Shown here one piece after another: positions 50,888 to 58,612 of a stretch of 64,000 nt of DNA (positions are counted from its first letter, which is position 1; each line of letters begins with the position of its first letter). The stretch covers positions 37,749 through 101,748 of the forward strand of contig CAWHCL010000002.1 in NCBI GenBank assembly GCA_963827815.1. Direction: 5' to 3'. The notes under the pieces are model-generated. The model searched no databases. It had not been told where the DNA came from and was given only the letters and a program-made list of their open reading frames with translations. Made by a program: the position numbers and the translations under genes. This DNA comes from an uncultured Verrucomicrobiae bacterium (GTDB lineage Bacteria; Verrucomicrobiota; Verrucomicrobiia; Limisphaerales; UBA11358).

Positions 50888-52285
50888 ATGGCTGAAAAAA
50901 ATCTGAATGAAATTTCGCGGGACGCGCGCGCCCTGTTCACCCGCGGTACGGAGGCCCTGGTGCGGGACAACTTTGATTACGCCATCGCATTGCTGAACCA
51001 GGCGCTGGAGACGGAACCGGGTTTTTACGACTGCCGCAAGGCCCTGCGCGACGCCCAGTTTCGCAAGGCCGGCACCGGAGGCTCGGGCTTCTTCAAGAAG
51101 ATGTTGAGCGGCGCCGGCAACTCGCCGCAGGTCGCCAAGGCCAAGATGGCGTTGAATAAAAATCCCGCCGAGGCCATGGCGATTGCCGAGCAGATTTTGA
51201 ACGGCGACCCGAACAGCTCCGCCGCACACCGCATTATCGTGGATGCCGGCACCGCGCTGGAACTGCCGCGCACCGTGGCGATGTCCTACGAAACGCTCGC
51301 CAAAAATTCGCCCAAGGACAAGGCGGTGGCCATCGAGTTCGCCCGCGCCGTGTCCGCCATCGGCGAAGGCACCCGCGCGGAAAAGATTCTGGTGGACCTG
51401 TTGCGCGAGATGCCCGGCGACGGCGAATTGCGGGATGCGCTAAAGGATTTGTCCGCGCGCAAGACGATGGACGAGGGCGGCTATGGCGCGCTCGAAGGCG
51501 GCGGCGGCTCCTTCCGCGACATCCTGAAAGACAAGAAGGAGGCTGTCTCGCTCGAACAGGAAAAGCGCGTCCAGAAATCCGAGGACGTCACCGAGCGACT
51601 CATCGGCGAATACGAGACGCGCCTTCAGACCGAGCCAAACAATTTCAAGGTCGTCCGCTCCCTCGCCGAGCTTTACACCCAGAAAAAGCAGTTCGACCGC
51701 GCCCTCGAACTCTACGAGCGCGTCAAGCAATCCGACATGGGCAACGACCCGTCGCTCGATCAATCCATCGCCAGCACCATCGTCAAGCGGTTTGACGCCC
51801 AGCTCGAACAGCTCAATCCTTTCGACCCGGAGCACGCCGCACAGGTGGAGAAAATCAAAGCCGAAAAGCTCGCCTTCCAGGTGGACGAATGCCAGAAGCG
51901 CGTGGAAAAATACCCCACCGACCTCGCCATCCGCTACGAGATGGGAGTGCTCTATTTTCAACTCGGCAAAATCGGCGAAGCCATCCAGGAATTCCAGAAG
52001 TCGCAGGGCAACCCGTACAAGCGCCTCGCCTCGATGAGCTACCTCGCCCAGTGCTTCGCCAAGCGCAAGATGTTCGACCTGGCCGCGCGCACACTCCAGA
52101 ACGCCATCAAGGAAAAACCCTCGTTCGATGACGAGAAAAAAGACCTCATCTACAACCTCGGCATCGTGCTCGAAAGCATGGGCAAAAAGGAAGAGGCCAT
52201 CGAGCAGTTCAAACAGATTTACGAGATGGACGCCGGCTACAAGGACGTCTCCGCCAAAGTGGAAGCGTTTTATTCAGGACAGTAA
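50888..52285 (+). CDS. TPR-repeat protein
   Basis: 465 aa, helical repeats with the TPR consensus (A..L..AL...P....), e.g. FDYAIALLNQALETEPGF, FDRALELYERV, IGEAIQEFQKS. Confidence 0.8.
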   Translation: MAEKNLNEISRDARALFTRGTEALVRDNFDYAIALLNQALETEPGFYDCRKALRDAQFRKAGTGGSGFFKKMLSGAGNSPQVAKAKMALNKNPAEAMAIAEQILNGDPNSSAAHRIIVDAGTALELPRTVAMSYETLAKNSPKDKAVAIEFARAVSAIGEGTRAEKILVDLLREMPGDGELRDALKDLSARKTMDEGGYGALEGGGGSFRDILKDKKEAVSLEQEKRVQKSEDVTERLIGEYETRLQTEPNNFKVVRSLAELYTQKKQFDRALELYERVKQSDMGNDPSLDQSIASTIVKRFDAQLEQLNPFDPEHAAQVEKIKAEKLAFQVDECQKRVEKYPTDLAIRYEMGVLYFQLGKIGEAIQEFQKSQGNPYKRLASMSYLAQCFAKRKMFDLAARTLQNAIKEKPSFDDEKKDLIYNLGIVLESMGKKEEAIEQFKQIYEMDAGYKDVSAKVEAFYSGQ

Positions 52286-52431
52286 AGCTCCACCGCAGCT
52301 AGCCCAAGCCGGCACTAATCTTGATAGGAGTCGAGGTCATTAGACTCGTACCACCGTCTTGTAAAACGCCATTTTTCGCTGGCAAAAAGGGGCAGGGCCA
52401 GGTTTACTGGGCAAAAGTTGGCGATTCCTGA

Positions 52432-53061
<630 letters not shown>

Positions 53062-53064
53062 AAT

Positions 53065-53144
53065 GGATTGTTGGATGAATGGATTGTTGGATAAATGAAG
53101 GGCGTTTTGGCCAACAATCCAACAATCCGGCAATCCAGCAATCC
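53065..53144. repeat. GGATTGTTGG / CCAACAATCC inverted repeat (hairpin)
   Basis: ggattgttggatgaatggattgttgg faces ccaacaatccaacaatccggcaatccagcaatcc. The perfect 10-bp stem pairs 53081-53090 with 53111-53120. ATG 53095 of the DUF167 ORF lies in the loop. Confidence 0.85.
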
Positions 53145-53448
53145 GGGCCTTCCAACGCCGCTGCCAAATTTCCTCCGCGCGCACACCGACGGCACGCTTC
53201 TTTCCGTGAAACTCCAGCCGCGCGCTTCAAAGAATGAAATTGGCGGACCGATTGGCGATGAGCTGAAAATCAAAGTCACCGCGCCGCCCGTGGACGCGGC
53301 AGCGAACCAGGCATTGATTGAATTGCTCGCGGAAAAACTGGATTGCCCACACGGCCGGGTTGAATTGATTCGCGGCCAGACCTCGCGGCACAAGACCATC
53401 AAGCTACACGGCTTCACGCCGGAGGAAGTAATTCAAAAGATTTCGTAG
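53095..53448 (+). CDS. DUF167 (YggU-like) family protein
   Basis: LSVKLQPRASKNEIGG..LKIKVTAPPVDAAANQALIELLAEKL..VELIRGQTSRHKTIKL matches DUF167. The first ~16 codons are encoded by the hairpin repeat, so the start is uncertain. Confidence 0.8.
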   Translation: MKGVLANNPTIRQSSNPGLPTPLPNFLRAHTDGTLLSVKLQPRASKNEIGGPIGDELKIKVTAPPVDAAANQALIELLAEKLDCPHGRVELIRGQTSRHKTIKLHGFTPEEVIQKIS

Positions 53449-53564
53449 GGCAGGCGTCGCGCCTGTCTCCATTTTTAACCCGTCACCATGCCTCTGAGGC
53501 ATTTGGAAACCACGGTTTCCAGACGGAATCGAAAGTCAGAGACAGGCGCGACGCCTGTCCTACG
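53444..53564. repeat. GTAGG..CCTAC palindromic element, intergenic copy (subfamily 1)
   Basis: The 26-nt arms cgtagggcaggcgtcgcgcctgtctc (53444-53469) and gagacaggcgcgacgcctgtcctacg (53539-53564) match 25/26 as an inverted repeat. Each arm is itself a hairpin (gacaggcg-cga-cgcctgtc). The TAG at 53446-53448 is the DUF167 stop. Confidence 0.9.
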
Positions 53565-53613
53565 CAAAATACTTTGTCACCTCTTCGCGCTTTCCAGCCA
53601 CATAAGCGACGAT

Positions 53614-55233
53614 ATGATGACATCCAAACTTATGCCGGTCGCAACAAACAACGACGCTGAACTGGTCGTGGGAACCCTGGCGGGCAACCGCGATGCCTTC
53701 AGCCAGATTGTTTCGCGCTATCAATCGCTCATCTGTTCGCTCACTTACAGCGCCACGGGTAATCTTGGGCAGAGCGAGGACCTCGCGCAGGAGACCTTCA
53801 TCACCGCGTGGAAACATCTTGTCCATCTGCGCGAACGCGACAAGCTGCGCTCGTGGCTGTGCGGCATCGCGCGCAACCGGATCAACAATTATCTTCGCCG
53901 TGAAGGCCGCGAGCCGCTTCACAAGGCCGAGTTGCTGGACGAAGCAGCCGAAGCACATTCACCGGAGCCGCTGCCAGTCGAATACACCATCAGCAACGAG
54001 GAACAGGCCATCCTCTGGCGCTCGCTCGAACGAATCCCAGAAATCTATCGCGAGCCACTCGTTTTGTTCTACCGCGAGCATCAATCCATCGAAGCCGTCG
54101 CCCAAAATCTGGAATTGACTGAGGACGCCGTGAAACAGCGGCTTTCACGCGGAAGAAAACTGTTGCACGAGCAGGTGCTGGCGTTTGTCGAGGGTGCGCT
54201 GGAACGGACAAATCCCGGAAAAGTTTTCACCCTCGGAGTTCTCGCCGCGCTGCCCGCGCTCACGATTTCCGCCAAGGCCGCAACGCTCGGCGCAGCAGCC
54301 GCCAAAGGCAGCGCGACGGCCAAGGCGGCGGGCGCGATGGGGCTATTCGGCGCAATTTTAAGTCCGCTGGTCGTCATTTTCAGCAATTACTTCAGCTATC
54401 GCATGAGCATGGACGAAGCCCGATCGGATGAAGAGCGCGTCCACATCAAGGCTCTTTTCCGGAATTCACTGTTGGTCGCGCTGGTGCTTTCCGCCGTGCT
54501 GGTGGTGCCGTTATTTTTGGCGTGCGGTAGCCAAGACAGCGCTTCGTTTTTTTGGGGTTTATGGTTTAGCCTGACCATCGTCATTTATTTTCTGACGATC
54601 GCTGTCTTTGGCTTTGGCTCACTTGCAGGGCGGCGCCGGTATCTCGCCAAAATTTTAGCGCGCGAATATGCCGGCAATTTTCCACCCGCCGCATACGAAT
54701 ATCGCAGTCCGGCAAGTTTGTTCGGACTGCCGCTCGTCCATGTCCGTTTGGGCGACCGTTTTGACGTGCTGCGCGGACCGGTGAAAGCCTGGATCGCCGT
54801 CGGCAGCAGCCACGCGGTCGGCGTGATTTTCGCTTCCGGCGGAATTGCCATCGCACCCGTGAGTTTCGGCGGCATTGCCATTGGCCTGCTGCCATTTGGC
54901 GCAATTGGAATCGGTCTGGTTTCACTGGGTGCAATCAGCCTCGGTGTCTGGTCCTTTGGCGCAGTGGCCATCGGCTGGCAGGTGTTTTGCGGAGCCGGCT
55001 TCGCTTGGAATGCGGCGATGGGCGGCATGGCGTTCGCGCATGATTTTGCGGACGGTGGCATCGCACACGCCGCGCAGGCCAACACGGAAATCGCCATACA
55101 GTTCTTCCGGCAAAGCTGGTTTTTCCGCTGCTCACAATTCATTTCCAATCACGGTCTGTGGATGATTTTTGTGGTTCCAGTGTTCTTGCAGGCACGGATT
55201 GCGGCGCGGGCACGTCGCCAGCGGGAAAACTGA
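53614..55233 (+). CDS. ECF-type sigma-70 factor fused to a C-terminal polytopic membrane domain
   Basis: Region 2 is DLAQETFITAWKHL..WLCGIARNRINNYLRR and region 4 is EAVAQNLELTEDAVKQRLSRGRKLL. About 350 aa follow with multiple TM helices and GGIAIG/FGAIGIG-type Gly-rich repeats. ATG 53614 chosen, because upstream codons lie in the palindromic element. Confidence 0.85.
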   Translation: MMTSKLMPVATNNDAELVVGTLAGNRDAFSQIVSRYQSLICSLTYSATGNLGQSEDLAQETFITAWKHLVHLRERDKLRSWLCGIARNRINNYLRREGREPLHKAELLDEAAEAHSPEPLPVEYTISNEEQAILWRSLERIPEIYREPLVLFYREHQSIEAVAQNLELTEDAVKQRLSRGRKLLHEQVLAFVEGALERTNPGKVFTLGVLAALPALTISAKAATLGAAAAKGSATAKAAGAMGLFGAILSPLVVIFSNYFSYRMSMDEARSDEERVHIKALFRNSLLVALVLSAVLVVPLFLACGSQDSASFFWGLWFSLTIVIYFLTIAVFGFGSLAGRRRYLAKILAREYAGNFPPAAYEYRSPASLFGLPLVHVRLGDRFDVLRGPVKAWIAVGSSHAVGVIFASGGIAIAPVSFGGIAIGLLPFGAIGIGLVSLGAISLGVWSFGAVAIGWQVFCGAGFAWNAAMGGMAFAHDFADGGIAHAAQANTEIAIQFFRQSWFFRCSQFISNHGLWMIFVVPVFLQARIAARARRQREN

Positions 55234-55234
55234 A

Positions 55235-56749
55235 TCAACGAATTTTCTCGGTAAGCTCCTCCGCCGGGTAAGTCCAGATTTCCGCCAACGTCGGATGATA
55301 ATGCGGCGTGGCAGCAAGCTCACGGACGGTCATCCGCTTCGCCATTGCGGTGACGATTTCGTGGATGAGATCACCGCCGACCGGGCCGACGCATGCGCCG
55401 CCGAGGATTTCGCCGGATTTCGGATTAGCCAGCAGTTTCACGAAGCCGTCCTTCGCCTCCATGATGAGCGATTTGCCGTGGTCGTTGAATGGATAACTTG
55501 CCGCGAGAAATGGAATTTTGCGTGCTGTCGCCACCTTCTCGGTCAAACCGACGAACGCGACCTGTGGGTCGGTGAACACTACGGAAATCAACAGGCGATA
55601 ATCCATCGGGCGCGGTGATTTCGGTTTCACGATGTTATGAATTGCCGTTTCGCCCTGCTGGATCGCAATATGGACAATTTCATGAGGTCCGGTGCAGTCG
55701 CCCGCCGCGTAAATGTGTGGCGAGGTCGTCCGCATGAACTCGTTGGCGACAATCCTCCCCTGCTCCGTTTTCACGCCGGCGCTTTCCAAGGCCAATGACG
55801 CGGTGTTCGGCACGCGGCCCAGCGCGAACAGAATTTCCTCGGCGGAAACGGAAACGGTTTTGCCATTCTGCTCAAAGGAAATTGCCTTCATCGTAGGACA
55901 GGCTTCCAGCCTGTTCATTTTCCGCTTAAGCGGTTGTTTGGACAGTCTGGAAGCCTGTCCTACGATTCGCGCGTCCAAAAGTTTTGTGCCGGTGAAAACC
56001 TTGATACCTTCGCGCCGGAAAACCTTCTCGATTTCGGTTCCGGCATCGGAATCGAACTCCTTCAAAATATGCTCGCTGCGCTGGATGAGTGTGACTTTGA
56101 CGCCAAATCGGGTGAAGAATTGTGCAAACTCGCAGGCAATCGCGCCACCACCAAGGATGATGAGTGATTTTGGCAATCGCTTCAGCGCCAGTGCGTCGTC
56201 GCTGGTCATATAACCGACATCTCGGAGCTGCGGCAGCGGAGCTTGCGCAACGCTTGAACCGGTGGCAATGATAAAGTGTTTAGCCGTAAGCTGGTAGGAC
56301 GCGTCAGTCCTCTGCGCGCCGTCTTTTATCATTTTCCCTGCGGCGCGCACGGAGTGACGCGCCCTACCTGTTAATTCCACCGTGTGCGCGTCCAAAAATG
56401 TTGCATTGGCGCGGATGAACTTGAACTTCCCGGCGTTGAGCTGCTGGACGCGATAATCCGCAAAATCATTGATGAGCGCATTTTTCCGCGCCATGACCTT
56501 CTTGAAATCGAACCCAACTTTCCTTACATGGATGCCCCACGGTTCCGGATGGCCGGCCAGGTGCATCACTTCGGCGGCATAGAGCAACGCCTTCGTCGGC
56601 ATGCAGCCGCGAAGAATGCAGAGTCCACCGACTTCCTCACCGCCCTCGATGATAATGGTTTTCAATCCCGCGCCGGCCGCCGTTCGCGCCGCCGCATAAC
56701 CGCCGCTGCCGCCGCCGATGACGGCCACATCGAAATCAAATTTTTGCAT
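55235..56749 (-). CDS. FAD-dependent pyridine nucleotide-disulfide oxidoreductase (dihydrolipoyl dehydrogenase / mercuric-reductase-like, class I) carrying two in-frame palindromic insertions
   Basis: VIGGGSGGYAAA (FAD), redox CILRGCMPTK, ILGGGAIACEFA (NAD), YAAGDC, and a C-terminal HYHPTLAE dimerisation motif. The product is 504 aa, versus the ~450-460 aa usual for this family. Confidence 0.9.
   Translation of the reverse strand: MQKFDFDVAVIGGGSGGYAAARTAAGAGLKTIIIEGGEEVGGLCILRGCMPTKALLYAAEVMHLAGHPEPWGIHVRKVGFDFKKVMARKNALINDFADYRVQQLNAGKFKFIRANATFLDAHTVELTGRARHSVRAAGKMIKDGAQRTDASYQLTAKHFIIATGSSVAQAPLPQLRDVGYMTSDDALALKRLPKSLIILGGGAIACEFAQFFTRFGVKVTLIQRSEHILKEFDSDAGTEIEKVFRREGIKVFTGTKLLDARIVGQASRLSKQPLKRKMNRLEACPTMKAISFEQNGKTVSVSAEEILFALGRVPNTASLALESAGVKTEQGRIVANEFMRTTSPHIYAAGDCTGPHEIVHIAIQQGETAIHNIVKPKSPRPMDYRLLISVVFTDPQVAFVGLTEKVATARKIPFLAASYPFNDHGKSLIMEAKDGFVKLLANPKSGEILGGACVGPVGGDLIHEIVTAMAKRMTVRELAATPHYHPTLAEIWTYPAEELTEKIR
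55891..55965. repeat. GTAGG..CCTAC palindromic element inside a CDS (subfamily 1), exactly 75 nt
   Basis: The arms tcgtaggacaggcttccagcctgt (55891-55914) and acagtctggaagcctgtcctacga (55942-55965) match 23/24 as an inverted repeat. Inner palindrome ccgcttaagcgg. Translated in-frame as IVGQASRLSKQPLKRKMNRLEACPT. Confidence 0.9.
56293..56368. repeat. GGTAGG..CCTACC palindromic element inside a CDS (subfamily 2)
   Basis: The arms ggtaggacgcgtcagtcctctgcgcgccg (56293-56321) and cggcgcgcacggagtgacgcgccctacc (56341-56368) form an imperfect inverted repeat. Translated in-frame as GRARHSVRAAGKMIKDGAQRTDASY. Confidence 0.9.
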
Positions 56750-56791
56750 GGGGTGAAAATGCGCTTTCAGTGGAAATTTTCAAATCACAAT

Positions 56792-58084
56792 TTAGAGTTT
56801 CAGCCGGAAGCCAGTCCGGTTCAATCCGGCCGTGACCAGCAAAATCACGACCGCGCAGCCAGCCGAGCGCATGATGGCGGCGGCGAGGTTTGCCTCGGCC
56901 AGGCTGTCATACCAGTCACCGAGGCGAAGCAAATCGAGAACCGATTCGAGCATTTCAGAAATGAGGTAGGCCAGCAGGACATTCTGGCCGGCAATGGCGA
57001 GCGGTTTTACGGCCAGGTTCACCGGCTTCACGTCACAGAAAAAATAAAACCCCAACCACAGCGCGGCGGTGATGGCGGACGCCCACAGACACCAAGACGG
57101 CGTTGCGTCGTCTTTGCTGATGCCGTAAAGCCCGTTCAGCAACAGGGCGGCGGCGGCAAATCCGGCGATGAAGAGCAAAGTGAATTTTGTGCGGGATTTC
57201 AATGCCGTCATGTCCGGCGCAACCAGAATCGAAGCCAGCAAAAGCCCGGCGACGGTGATAGCCGCCTGTGAGCCGAGTGTTCCGCCGAAATCCACGAACC
57301 GCGCCGGCCAGAAATGGTCGAAGAAATGATTTTTGTCGGCGGCAAAAAAACAGGTCATCAAGGCAATGCAGCCAAGCAGCGCTGCGCGATTGGCGCGGAA
57401 AATCAGAAAAAGAATCGCGGTCGCAAAGTAAGCCCAGCCGATAAGACCGAGAATTCCATACCAGCTGGTGTTCAGGTGAAACGGCGAAAACGCAAGCATG
57501 TGTCCGCCCCGGCGGTTTTGAAATACGAGCGCGCAATAGATCATTCCGGCGAGGCCGGCGGCGCGCAGGCAAAGATTGAAAATTTTCCAGAAATTCGCCA
57601 TGTCCGGTGTGGCTCCGCGCGGCGAGATGACGCAAAAGGCAAAAATGACCGAGAGAAACATCGTCGCCGCCCAGAGCGGGGTTCCGCCGCTCTCACCGTT
57701 GACCATGAGAATGCCTATGGCCAGCAGCGCCAACGTGCGCGTGACGACGTGCAGAATAATTTTCCAGAGCGCCTCGCCTTTCTGCAGGCGCGAGCCGAGC
57801 GCTAAGGGAATGGACATGCCGACGATGAACAGGAACGCCGGAAAAACCAGGTCCACGAACGTCATGCCACTGCCGCCTTTGTGACGGTCGCTGAAATGAA
57901 CCATCCAGTTGGGGACAATTTGTTGTGGCGCGCCGGCAAGGTCGTTCACGAAAATCATCATGAACATCACGAACCCGCGCAGCGCGTCAATGGAGGTGCT
58001 GCGTACCATCCTGGGGGCGACCGCGCCGGCGGTGGAATCCGTGACCATTGCGCGGATTTTGCCAAAAGCGCCGCCTGCTGCCAC
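56792..58084 (-). CDS. DUF5009 / heparan-alpha-glucosaminide N-acetyltransferase-like membrane acyltransferase
   Basis: RSTSIDALRGFVMFMMIFVNDLAG motif and about 11 TM helices. The start may instead be the internal ATG at 58048. Confidence 0.8.
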   Translation of the reverse strand: MAAGGAFGKIRAMVTDSTAGAVAPRMVRSTSIDALRGFVMFMMIFVNDLAGAPQQIVPNWMVHFSDRHKGGSGMTFVDLVFPAFLFIVGMSIPLALGSRLQKGEALWKIILHVVTRTLALLAIGILMVNGESGGTPLWAATMFLSVIFAFCVISPRGATPDMANFWKIFNLCLRAAGLAGMIYCALVFQNRRGGHMLAFSPFHLNTSWYGILGLIGWAYFATAILFLIFRANRAALLGCIALMTCFFAADKNHFFDHFWPARFVDFGGTLGSQAAITVAGLLLASILVAPDMTALKSRTKFTLLFIAGFAAAALLLNGLYGISKDDATPSWCLWASAITAALWLGFYFFCDVKPVNLAVKPLAIAGQNVLLAYLISEMLESVLDLLRLGDWYDSLAEANLAAAIMRSAGCAVVILLVTAGLNRTGFRLKL

Positions 58085-58141
58085 TGTCCAAATGTTCTAT
58101 TTTTTGTTGCGGCGCGCGCGGACGGGCTTCATCTTTTTCAC

Positions 58142-58567
58142 ATGAACGAAATCATTTATCCGCGCAGCCCACGCGAAACGATGGACGGCTGGAGCTACCT
58201 GCCGCGTTACATTGACAAAATCCGCCTGCACCTCGCTGGCAAACTGCATTCCGATTATCAGGAAAATTTCGGCAGGGGCTTTGATGGCTTCTGGCTCAAG
58301 GCCGCCGGCGTCACGCACGAACAGATGATTGGCGTCGTGAAAAATTCCATCACCGACGGCGAGGTGTGCGACTGGGTGCGCCAGAATGTGAAGAAATCCC
58401 CGGCGGAAAAGGCAGCGCATTGGCAGGATGTCTTGAGCCGTCCGCTGGCCAACGACGCCGGGGCCGTCGCCCGGCTCAAGATGCGCAAGGAACAAGCAGG
58501 CATCTCCAACCGCGACGACATTCAATGTTTCGTGGACATGCTCGACGCCGACGAAAAGCGGATTTAG
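58142..58567 (+). CDS. DUF5069 domain-containing protein
   Basis: ORF 57881..58567 trimmed to ATG 58142, since upstream codons are antisense to the neighbouring gene. YPRSPRETMDGWSYLPRYIDKIRLHLAGKL fits DUF5069 as I remember it. Confidence 0.7.
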   Translation: MNEIIYPRSPRETMDGWSYLPRYIDKIRLHLAGKLHSDYQENFGRGFDGFWLKAAGVTHEQMIGVVKNSITDGEVCDWVRQNVKKSPAEKAAHWQDVLSRPLANDAGAVARLKMRKEQAGISNRDDIQCFVDMLDADEKRI

Positions 58568-58612
58568 TTCTCGGAGCCGTCCTTCGGATGTTCCGCTTCC
58601 TGGCCCGTTATT

